DNA of 64,000 bases from the human T2T-CHM13v2.0 reference genome, Homo sapiens: assembly GCF_009914755.1 (NCBI RefSeq), contig NC_060936.1, one strand, 5' to 3'. This document shows, one piece after another, positions 14,150 to 40,120 of this stretch. Both the position numbers and the translations under genes were made by a program. Under the pieces are notes generated by a model. It was not told the origin of the DNA and did not search any database. It saw only the letters and a list, made by a program, of their open reading frames with translations. How positions within the stretch are numbered: position 1 is the first letter of the stretch; each line of letters begins with the position of its first letter.

Positions 14150-15300
14150 GCCCCAACCCACCGCACCCGGACCTGGACCCCGAACTAGCACCCCAGGCGG
14201 GCTGGACTTCAGTGAGCGCCGCGCGCAGCGCCTCGGAGCCAGAGACCGCTGCCCGGTGCTTCCTCCCATCTTCTTCCATCCCTTCCCTCTTGCTCCCCCT
14301 CCCTCCTGCACTCCCTCCCCGGCGGCCGCGGCCTTTATTAGGGATTCCGCGGCTGTCGGTCCCGCCATCCATCCTGTCCGCCGGCAATTAGGCGGCCAGA
14401 CAAAGAGCAGCTTCGGATGGATGAGGGTCCCAGCGGATCGGAAATGTGAAGGGTCAGCGCTGCCGCCCGCGGCGCACCCCGCTCCCCCTTCCGCATAATC
14501 ACCGGCCGCCCGTCACTCAGCCGGCCGCCCAGGGAGCTCCTGGGCCCGGCCCGGGAGAGGGCGGGGTGCGGCTGCAGCCTAGGCGCCCAGGACAGGGCGA
14601 GGGCGGACCTGCGGCAGGAGCGCCTCCTGCGGGGCAGTGGAGGACTGTGGCCTGAGGCATTGGCCGAAGGGTGGGGGATTATGGCCCCGGGCACTCCCCG
14701 AAGGGAAACTGGGGCTAGCGGCTTGGGGCCTCCCAGTGGGGAAGAGGGAACAAAAGCTGCGGAGACCGGAGGCCCGGGGTCCAGGGCGCCCCCTGCTGGG
14801 AAGCTGGGAACCAAGCCTTAGAGGTCCGGCAGGTACAGATGGAACCAGGCCCAGGGCGACCCCTCCTAGGGAAACCAAGGGTTTCTAGCCTGGCGCGCCT
14901 CCTGCCGGCTTTGAATGACACTGCGCTTCTATGCCCGCTCCGTTCAGTGAAATCCAACCAATCCGCATCCGCTCAAAAAAGGCTCCAAGTCCTGGCGAAC
15001 CCGAGGGGAGCCGAGAGGGAGTTCAAGGAGTCCAGGTTTTACTGCAGATTCTTTGGCGCTAGCTCCCAGCTGACAAATCAACATCTCAATCTGACAATTA
15101 GTGGTCAAGATGGGGGGTGAGGGGCTCTTACAGCCCCGGCCGCTTAGCCCTCCCGGCGGGAGGCAGAGGGGTGGGCGGTGCTGGCAGTGATGAACGACTC
15201 CAGGGGGGCCCGTGGCCCCGAGCGCGCATTCATTACTCGACTGACAGGCGGGTGGCGGGCCGGGCGGGCTGCGAGTGGACGTGCCGGGAAAGAGGCCAGT
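14150..15300. promoter_or_regulatory. Intergenic (orphan) CpG island
   Basis: CpG-dense unique sequence with no recognisable coding exon. Confidence 0.75.
14784..14802 (-). promoter_or_regulatory. CTCF motif
   Basis: - strand reads TTCCCAGCAGGGGGCGCCC. Confidence 0.65.
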
Positions 15301-15928
15301 AGCAGGAGGGGACTAAGGCAAGCGTTTAACAGTCCCACTGCTCCATCTGCTCCCGGTCCTTCGCCTTGACCCTGGGACTTGACTTCCTTGAGCTCGGCCT
15401 CCCAGTTGTTGGAGCTGGCCCTGGCTGGGAAGCAAGGGCGGGGACCTAAGCCCTCTTCTGGGGTTAGGTGATTTAAGGTCTGAGATGTCAAGGAAGGGTA
15501 TTAGGCAGGTCTCAAGACTAGGCGCTTCGGCCTGACCTCTGAGAGATTGTGCGTGACTGTGCACTCAGAGATGGCGTGTATGACAGGGATTGATGAATGT
15601 GGATCGCACGTGGGAGGTCAGTGACTGTGTGTGTCAGTACCAGGTATGTGTCAGTATGATTTTGTCAGTGGAGGTGTGAGATTCCCTCTGAGGATGAGCC
15701 ACCACCCCTCCCTGTGTGTCCGTCTCCCCACTACCCCCCAGCTGGCTGTCAGCTCTGTCTCCAGTTATGGAGGAAATGGCAGTGCGCACGGTGACAGCTG
15801 AGGTGTGCTGCTGGGGTGGGGGGTGGGGGTGGTGCTAGATGTTAACTGTGAGAGTGCTGGTCAGGACAGCTGCTCCCTTCCAGCACCTTCACCACTAACA
15901 TCCCTACCCCAAGGGTTTTGAAAGTAGT

Positions 15929-15931
<3 letters not shown>

Positions 15932-15969
<38 letters not shown>
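15932..15969. repeat. Poly(T)38 tract not attached to an Alu
   Basis: Direct reading. Confidence 0.9.
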
Positions 15970-15970
<1 letters not shown>

Positions 15971-16575
15971 GCCAAAGTTTGGACACCTAGTTGCTGTGCC
16001 CTGGGGAACAAAGTGATTACTGCCAGAGTTGTCTAGCCCATACCCCTACACATACACATACACAAGGTCTCCAAATGTGAGATGTGATCTCCAACCCATG
16101 TGGCCTACCTAGGCTGGTGGTGGCCAGAGAGGAGTTGGTAGATGTTGAGCAGATGCCTGTGTGATGCTCAGGAAGAGAGAGGCTGACCTTCAGACCTCCA
16201 AGGCAGCCTATCTCTTTGGAGCCTGTACTAGCAGCCTCGGAGACCCTAACCTTTTGGGTCTCAAGTCCAAGTTAATTACTAGTTTATGCCTTGGGAGGAT
16301 AATGCTAACTGCACTCTAATTCCTCTCCATAATAACTCTCTTCAGTTTGGCTTGGTCTCCACTCTCAATCCTCATTCTCAAAAACACCAAGAAGTTGAAC
16401 CTGGCCTCCTCCCAGCCCTGAACCTCCTGGGTTTACAGAGCAGAGAGCTGGGCTGACTCTGGATCTCTGGCCCCCTGTTTTGTTCAGCAAGACCCCTTCC
16501 CTTTGTCTTGTTGTTCCTTGGGGCTAGGGTATCTCCTGGAGCTTCTGTATATTTATCTCTGTAAACGTCCTCTTC

Positions 16576-16866
16576 TTTTTTTTTTTCGGGGTCTCACTCT
16601 GTCTCCCAGGCTGGAGTGCAGTGGCTCGATCTTGGCTCACTGCAATCTCCGTCTCCTGGATTCAAGAGATTCTTCTGCCTCAGCCTCCTGAACACCTGGG
16701 ACTACAGGCTCCACCCGGCTTTTTTTTTTTTTTTTTTTTTTAATTTTTAGTAGAGACAGGGTTTACCATGTTGACCAGGCTGGTCTTGAACTCCTGATGT
16801 CAGGTGATCCACCCACCTCAGCATCCCAAAGTACTGGGATTACAGGTGTGAGTCACGGCGCCCAGG
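16576..16866 (-). mobile_element. Alu
   Basis: Alu consensus with an expanded middle T run. Confidence 0.92.
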
Positions 16867-19800
16867 CTTTGTACCCTCCTTTGTGTCTGCATATTTCCAC
16901 ATTTAGGAATCTTCCAAATTTGTCTTCCTACATTTTGGGGGGCTCTCTCTTTGTTCCTCTTGGGGCTCTTCTCTCTAAGAATACACCAGCCCAGCAGAAT
17001 ACCCCACGGACACTGGAGTAGGAGAAGGAGGAGGGCTTTCTTCCTGCCCCCATCCAGAGGTGATTGCTAACCCAAGGATGGTCACACCGTGTCAGGGCTC
17101 GGGCACGCGCGGGTCACTTCACATTCTGAGCACAGACGCCTGGTCGATGCCCTGCTGTCCCTCCCTCCTCCCAACCTCCCTCCGCCTGGCCCCCGCCCCC
17201 TCCGCCCGCCTGGAAAAGGCAAATTTGACATTTTTAAATCCCGAGCCTTAGAGGGATCGATGCGGCCCGGGGGCCCCGCCCGGGGTCGATATTCCTGATT
17301 GGGAAGCGGCCGCTTCGCGGAGCCCGCGTGTAAATCACCTGGGCTGGGGGAGGGGGCGTGGGGAGCCTACCACGTCCCAGGCTCGCGAAGCCAGGAGGGG
17401 TCGGGACCCGGGCGGTACCGGAGGGCGACGGAATGAGAACGACAGGCCTTAGAGAACCAGAGAGAAGCCCGCCCAGGGCCTCCCCCTCCCCCGCTCAGCC
17501 CTGCCAACTCCCCCAGCAGGCTCCAGTCTCGCTTCAGCGGCCGCCACCCTTCGTTGCCCCTGGAGCCGCCGGGGAGGCCAGTGTCGGAGCCAGCCATGCG
17601 GCGGCTCCTCTCTGGCCGCTCCCGCGGGGCCGGGGCTTCGGCGGCTGCTGTCACGGAGCCGACAGGCCGGGCCGGCCGGGAAGGGGCGGGTGGCGGGGGG
17701 GAGAGGCGGCGGGGTGAGGCTGGCTCAGCGCTGGCACTCAGTGGGCGCGCAACGTATGTTTGCCGAATTGAAAGGCTGGGACACCGAGCGGCGCAGGGCA
17801 GAGGGTCGGAGGGCACAGGCGGGGTAGGAGATGGCCCAGACCGGGTGAGGGCAGAAGCCTCACTCACGGGGGAAGAAGGCACTCGAGGTCGCTCTGAGGA
17901 CCGCTGGGCTGGGATAGACCACCCATCCCCCGCCGGGGAGACCCGGGTAGTAAAGAACAAGACAGAATGGGACAGGCAGGACGGTTTGGACCCCACCTAC
18001 AAGCGCCTCCACCACCCCAGCCTCCGATCCTTGTCACGCTCTGCTGGGGAAACCGAGGCAGCCGATGCTGAGAATAGCCAAAAAGTTAAAAGCGGGGTCA
18101 GCGACGAAGCTGGGGCAGCAACCAGAATTCCTGCGTGGGTTTTTTGGATTCCTCCGCCCACGCGGGGCCAGTTTGCGGGTAAATGCACCACCGCGCCCCG
18201 CACCACAGCTCAGACCCTTTCCTCTCGCTGCAGTTTGTCAGATCCCCCCACCTCCCACTCTGCACCAGTTTATAGAACAACAATTTGGGGAAAACAATCC
18301 GGGCGGAGTGACGGCCCCGTAATTGTGACAAAGTGAGTGCGGGCGGCTGGAGAGAGCGCTAGGCCGGGAGCGCTGCAGGGCGAGGCGGAGGCAGGGGCGC
18401 CTCCCCCCGCCCTGCCGCCCCCTCGTTCTTATTCCGGTCACCTCCCATCCCTCTCCTTGACTCTTCAATTCCTCTTCTCCCGGCCCCTTGCGCCTTCCTT
18501 CGCTTGTTCCTCCATCGCTCTTCCCTTTCCTCCCGGTAACAGCTCTTCTCCCGCTCCCCCGACCCCGTCGCCCCTCCCCCGGTGCGCTTTTTCCTCGCTC
18601 ACTTCTCCCCTCTCCTCTGCCCTCCACTCGTTTCTTCAGCTTTTCCTCGCGCTTACATTGCCCTTGGGCCCCTGGCTCTCCCCGCACAATCCGCTTCTCT
18701 CCCTCCCCACTCCTCCCTTCCTGAGATCGAACCCTGAGCCCCTTCCCGACCCCCACTCTCTGGGCCGCCAGCGCAGCCCCGCATTTCTGGGTTCCTCGGG
18801 AAGTAAACCTGGGGGCGCGCTGCGGCCCCGGGTGCCCCGGCGGCCAGCCCCTTCCCTCTCCCTTGTATGGCTGCCGCCCCCGCCCCACCACCTGAGCCGG
18901 GAGATAGTTTGTTTGTCCAGCGGCGGCCGCCGCCGCCCGCGCTGTTTGCAAAGCTTAGCGCGCCGTCGCGCAGTGCGGGCCCAATTAAGTCTCATTCATT
19001 ATTCAGCGCTCCTGTCCGCCCCCGCCCCCCAGCAGTCTGAGGCGTCGCTTTGGGGCCCCTCCCAGCCTAGGCCCCTCAGTGAGCCCTAAGAGGTCATATA
19101 GAGAGCAGCATTTCCTCTCCAGGCCGAGATGAGGGCTGAGGGCGTTTGGAGGGAAGCGCTCTGCCTACTGCCGGGAGGTGACACCCGCGAGGCCGACCGT
19201 CCCCCGAAGCCCCCGCAAGTCCAGACTGGGGGACCTCGGAGATCCACGAGATTGCCAGAGAAGGAAATTGAGGCCCAAGAAGCTGCATGACTTAGCCAAG
19301 TTCACGGAGTAGAACCCGGGATTGGAGCCCGGGACATTGAAATGAAGGCGTCTTGCATTGCAGCTCCGTTGCAGCGCAGAGGCGCAGGAAGGCAGACTAC
19401 CACGAGCCTCGGGCTGCGGCCTCGCCCTCCTGGTCGAGCCTCCTGCCCTCCAACCCTCTGCTCCCGTTTCTCCCTCTGGTTCATAGCCCGCGGGACAGAG
19501 CAGCCCTGGATTGGGAGGCTCCTCAGGTCTCAGGCTCAGGTGCAGAAGCAGAGCCCCTAACTGGAAGGCTCGGAGGTGGGCCGGTGAGGCAAGCAAGCCC
19601 TGTGGGGGGTTGAGGACAGCTTGGGTTGGATGTCCCTCACTGCAGCCTGTCCGTGGATGTCTCTGCCTTAAGGGAATTGGAGGTGGAACCATCCAGTCTT
19701 GAAGGTCAACGGAGCGTGAAGAGAGGAGCGTGCAGCTTGAGGTGAGGGAGGAGTCACCTTTCAATTTGTGGGGGTGGGAGGAGGTAATCAAGGACGTATT

Positions 19801-19959
19801 CTTGCATTTACAGGAGTTTATCCTTTTTTTTAGCACTACAGATAGGAGCGTCCCTTGCTCCTGCCAGGCAGCCCCTCCATAGGGGCAGTCCTGTGCTGCT
19901 GTGCCTCGGTACCCGCACAAGGTGTCTGGGGACCGCCCGGACCCCCCCTTCCATCGGCG

Positions 19960-19979
19960 GCAGCGCCACCTGGCGGCCA
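19960..19979 (-). promoter_or_regulatory. CTCF motif
   Basis: - strand reads TGGCCGCCAGGTGGCGCTGC. Confidence 0.7.
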
Positions 19980-20190
19980 TGGTGCGGTGGTGTGGGAGGA
20001 GCTGGGCCCGGGCTGGGCACTGAGCCCACCGGAGCTGCAGGCGTCTGCAGAGCCTTGCACCGAGTTTCCCCGCGAGGGCGGGCGGGAGGAGTCCCAGGCG
20101 GGAATGTGATCCCCAGGGGGCCGAGGAGGGCCCTGGGGAGGAGCCTGGCCTGGGGAAGCCGGACTTCCGTGACACAACAGACACAAAAGA

Positions 20191-20199
20191 CAAAGTCCA
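20191..20199 (+). promoter_or_regulatory. HNF4-type motif CAAAGTCCA
   Basis: Exact match to the HNF4-specific core; DR1-like TGGTCAAAGGAAA nearby at 20246-20258. Confidence 0.55.
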
Positions 20200-21059
20200 T
20201 TTGGATGGAAGTGGGAGCAGGGCGAGACGGGCCATTTTCACTCTGTGGTCAAAGGAAATGACTGGTCTGACTCGGTCTGGGAGCGGGGCACCCAGGTATG
20301 GCCACTTGATTTGGAAGTAGCGGGTGCTGGCTGGTGGTCGCTCCAGATAGAGGGGACACTGGCAGGCACGCTTGGCGTCCAGTTTGATATTGTGAGGATT
20401 TGTCCAGCTGCTGTGGAGTGGCTTTCCAAGCCGGCCTCCGAAAGAGGTGGTTGAATTGTGGGGTGCCAAGGTCTAGGTCAAACGAAGTTTTCCAGAATAT
20501 TTTAATAAAGGGAATTCAGGACCCCTTTCAAGTTTGACCTGTGGGAAAATCTCATGGCCTGGAGAGTTAGGAAGGCAGGAGAGTGGCTAAAGCCTGGGCC
20601 AGGTGTGGGAGGGCAGCCACAGTTGGAGTTAAGTCAGGGGTAAGGCAGAGGCTTTCAAAATGTGTGGGAACTTTGGAAAAGCATCCAATGCAGCCCTGCC
20701 CCTCCACACATCCCCCCATGAGTCATTTGGGGTCATGGGTCTCAGGGGAAGTCTGAAATTTAAACAGCTTTCTCCTCTAAATCTGGAGTCACTGTGGTTG
20801 TAAAGAATGGGACTGAGGTGCTAGGACAAGGGATATGAGATAAATAGCACTGGGGACTCAGGCAGATCTGTACTCAACTTTTATTGGAAAGAGAAGTGGT
20901 TGCTGTGTTGGAGCCTGGACATCATCTTATGACTCTACTTTTTCCCATCTCTTAGGGTCTAAGGATAACTCTGGGGCCATGACAGCCATGAGTCTCACAG
21001 AGGACCCCGAGACTTCTGTGCTGCGAGTAACCGGACTTGTTCTGAGACCTTTGCCCTAG

Positions 21060-22052
<993 letters not shown>

Positions 22053-22059
22053 TAGGAAA

Positions 22060-23220
<1,161 letters not shown>

Positions 23221-23481
23221 AGTTCCAGGTTGGAAAATGGGCAGTTGTGGTTAATGGCTCTTGCCATGAGATCTAGAGCTTGTCTATGTTTCAAAAGGCT
23301 GGAATTCTTTTTTCTAAAATAATTTTTTTCTTTTATTATTACTCTATAAGGCTGGAATTCTAACCTGAGCTGCTGGACCTTTCCCACGGGCAAGTAGAAG
23401 CCAATTCTAGAGATATGATAGCCTGATTTAGCAAAGGTGCAAGGAGAGGCCCAGGTACCCTGACAACTTGGGGGATTCTAA

Positions 23482-23691
<210 letters not shown>

Positions 23692-23804
23692 AAAGAAACT
23701 TCCCCCTGAGGACTGACTCTTCCTAGCAGAGCTGGGCAACTTGTCCCAAATCTAGCTTTGCCCACGAATGGCATCCCAACAGAGTTAAAGAAACTGCTTG
23801 CAGG

Positions 23805-24103
<299 letters not shown>

Positions 24104-24418
24104 GAAAGAAAAACTGCTTGCAGGGGACATGAGAAAACAATGGGGTGAGAAAAGGTTGTGGTAGAAGGATGTGTTTATATTCTGAATTTCTGAATTCTTG
24201 GCTATTGCATTCTTGACAATTTTTCTTAAAACCAGAGAGTGAAAGGCATATTATAAAACAATCAAATATCTTTTAGAGTATGGACAACTATTATATATCA
24301 ATAAAAAATTAATTAGAAAAAATATATCTTTTAGAGAACACACCACCTTATCCCACCCATGATATATTGATGTGTGATGGAGAAAGATTATTTAACTATT
24401 TTTTTAAATGTGTAAAGC

Positions 24419-29362
<4,944 letters not shown>

Positions 29363-29759
29363 AGATGACCTTTAAGCTTGCTTTCAACCTGCATTCTGGA
29401 GTTATTAGCTTTTCAGCTGAGGTTTTTATTAAATGGTTTTATTTGTCATCTTCTGTCTGCCCCCTTGTGGACATTGTTTTGGGAAGAAAATAAAATATTT
29501 AATTGCTCGAAGAACAATATAATGACCATCTCACCCTCCAAAAATTCACTTGCATCACACTGTTTGTTTTCAGTTATTCATGTTCACTTCTAGTCCTCGT
29601 TCATAAATGTACATCATTTTACATGGTTGAATCATATCAGGGACATAATTTTGTACTTTCCCCCCTCCCTGATAAAGATGATGTTTTTACAGTAAAATAA
29701 AAAAATGCTTGTGATTCAATAAGCTTTTAAAATATTACTATAAAGACTTTGTTATTATA

Positions 29760-30700
<941 letters not shown>

Positions 30701-31018
30701 CAGAACGGGGTACTGTGGGGCTGTTACGTTCTCAAGGTCTGAACAATATATCATCCTTTAAATCCAGCAGCCTAAAAATTTACTAGCTTTTTTTGGTTGC
30801 TATGTAAGTGTGACTCATTGAGTTTATAGTCAACTGAGGCCCTTAGATCTTTTCCTAGGCACTGTGTCTTAGAGCTATGTTTGCATCTACTCTAGGACCC
30901 AGGAGGCTTTTGAGGACTCACTGACTTTAGTACTCTATGTCTTAGTTTTCTTTTCTCTTGAACAGTGGGGTGGTCCTAACAAGCCTGGAGACGTGTGGTT
31001 TGTTGTAGTCTTAGCTAG

Positions 31019-31037
31019 GAACTGCAGATGGCGCTAC
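31019..31037 (+). promoter_or_regulatory. CTCF-like motif
   Basis: gaaCTGCAGATGGCGCTAc. Confidence 0.5.
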
Positions 31038-31652
31038 AAGGCTGTCATGGTAAAATATGTCCCTCGGCTGTCCCCTTCACTTAAAAAAAAATGTGGTAGT
31101 GGCACCTCCATAGCAGGTTCATTACCAGAGTTCAGTCCTCTCCTTTTGCTGAGAAGGAGCAAGCAACTGTGAAGTTGGATTTGGGGTGTTATTCAAAGCA
31201 AGCTCCAACTGAAGCATGCTTTTCAGTTGTCATTTAATCTCCTAGGGGAATCTAGAGCTGTCTATTTCATGTTAGAACTTTGAACGCACATCTCATGCCA
31301 GTGCTTTGGCTTTTGAAGTTCCCACCCTGAGAAGGTGATTTAAAATGTTTTTCTTTTGCTTCATGTTCCCTGCAGTATTTCTGTTAGTCGCCTCAAGGGA
31401 TTAAAAGTTGTTCAACTGTTTTGTTTTGTTTTGTTTTGTTTTTGCTAAGATGAGTTTTGAGCAATAAAAGTAAAAAATTTATGTAGGGTTCCAGCTAAAG
31501 ATACTTCATTTCAATAATTTGTTCTCTCTTTTCTTTCTTATTCTTCTTTTTCCCCACCTCTCATTCACCCTTTCCATAGTCCATCTGGTTATTTGCAAAC
31601 TATTATGACTCTAAGCAAGGATCTTGGACTTTCTGGGTTTAAACGTTACTGA

Positions 31653-38475
<6,823 letters not shown>

Positions 38476-38619
38476 CAGATTCTAATAAATATTTTCAATG
38501 CTGACTGTCTAAATCCCTCTGGCCCCTCTTAATAGACCCCTGACCAGTCGACACTGAGGTAAGTGCTTTATGCATGCAGAAAGGGTGCACAAATACTAGT
38601 TAGTTCCAGCACCAGGGAG

Positions 38620-40120
38620 GTTGGGAGTCTGGCGTCGAAGAGAGTATTTAACAGAAAAGATTCGAAGGGCGGCGGGACCGACCACCGCCGCGTAGAGGGG
38701 CTATGCTGACAGCTGGGTAGATCAGAAACCCGACTGACGAGGAACTGACTTGGGGAGCGTGCCGGGCGGACATCGCCAGGGCAGAGAACCCCCATCAGCT
38801 CCCGAGGTCATTCTTCCCGCGCCCCCACCGGCCTCTGCGCTCTCTCAGGAGGCAGAGCGACCGCGCGGTCCGGAGGCCCCAGCGTTTCCCGTCGTTGGCG
38901 ACTCTGAAATTGCCTTTTGGAACAAAACTTGGGTCGGGAAGGAGGCGAAGGGGAAAGCGGTGTGAAGTCCTCGGTACGGAAGAGTGAGCGGCGCTGTACC
39001 CGGCGGCCAGAGAAAAAGCTTCCCAACCCGGACATTGAGCAAAAGCCCCGCGCTCGACTCCCCTAGCGGCGCCCGCGTTCGGCCACCTCCGGGGGAGTTT
39101 CGGCTCTTTCCGTCAGTTCAGCTCGGGCCCTCCGTTCCCGGCGCGCGCCGGGTCCCTAACCGATGCCGCCGGGTACGAGCTGTGCTGCACGCGGACGCGA
39201 GCTCGCGTCCCACCCGTTTTCCCCTTCCATCTACTTTGTCCCCAACCCTCTCCCCGAGTCTCTTCCTTTCCCCGGTAATTCCCAGTCTCCGGTGGCGCGC
39301 GAGCCTGCGGACGGTGCGAGACGCGAGGGACCGGGCCCCGAGAAGAGCGGTAACCCGACTGGTCGGAGCCCGCCTCTCGCCGCCCCGCGCCTCTCCCCGA
39401 TCTTCTCGGTCTCCGGTGCGCGGGCCGTCTCGCCGCTCGAGCCGCGCTCGCGCACCCGTTGGCTGCCACAGCCTCGAGCTTGGCGCGCCGGATTCGCGCC
39501 GGCGCGAGTACGCGCCCTGAGCTCTGGCTGGCTGGCTGGCGCGCACGCGCCCGAGAGGGCTCCGGGGCGGGGCGAGCCGCTGCCTGGGCGAGGGTCGGGG
39601 TGATCTGCTGGATCTCCGGCAGCATCCTGCAGTCCGGCCCAGGAGAGAAGTGGGGAGGCGGCGGTGGGGGCGGGGCGGCGTCCGGCTCTGAGAGAGCTGG
39701 GGGAGGAGCGCGGCGGCGACGGCGGCGGTGGCTCTAGAAGGGGAGGTGGAGGATCTCCTTTCCTCTTCTCAGACCCGGGAGCGTCCGGGACGCGGAGCCC
39801 GGAGCTGGGGCGACGAGGCGATTGCGGGGGCCTGGGCTAGGTGAGGCTAAGGGTGCTGGGTGGCGGGGTTGGCGGGGGCTCAGAGGGCGCCGAGGTGCGG
39901 GGAGCGGGTTGAGGGAGGAAAAAGAGGGAGGGGGTAGTTGGGGGCGGGGGGACGGGAAGGAGGGGGATGTGAGCCCTTAGAGGCCCGAAGTGCCCAGAGG
40001 GTGGAAGGTTCCTGGGGTCTGTGGGGCGGGTGAAACACCCGCGTCGGAGTTGGGGAGTTTCCAGACGGATAGGCCGGGGAAACAATGGAGTGTGGGGGGG
40101 ACTCTGGCGTGAGCGTGTGT
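38620..40120 (+). promoter_or_regulatory. SPATS2: CpG-island promoter and non-coding first exon of SPATS2, with donor TAG|gtgagg at 39840/39841
   Basis: Very dense CpG with GC boxes and a strong donor. The gene name comes from remembered synteny only; no SPATS2 coding sequence is in the window. Confidence 0.75.

Larger units (their letters stand above)
17080..20450. promoter_or_regulatory. DNAJC22: Large CpG-rich region including the DNAJC22 promoter and non-coding 5' exon(s); candidate donor CAG|gtatgg at 20295/20296
   Basis: CpG density, GC boxes and a CCAAT box (attgg at about 17298); located directly upstream of the first coding exon. Confidence 0.7.

Noticed and set aside
17367-19089. 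Long ORFs in the CpG island (17554..18336 and 18337..19089 in one frame separated by a single TGA; 209-aa and 237-aa minus-strand ORFs)
   Set aside because: Low-complexity G/R/P/S-rich translations, often with non-ATG starts and no domains; expected in very GC-rich DNA.
19645-19662. REST/RE1-like CTGTCCGTGG
   Set aside because: Half-site only; lacks the TGCTGA half.
38984-39737. Overlapping 140-180 aa ORFs in the SPATS2 island
   Set aside because: Stop-codon depletion caused by GC content; no protein-like features.
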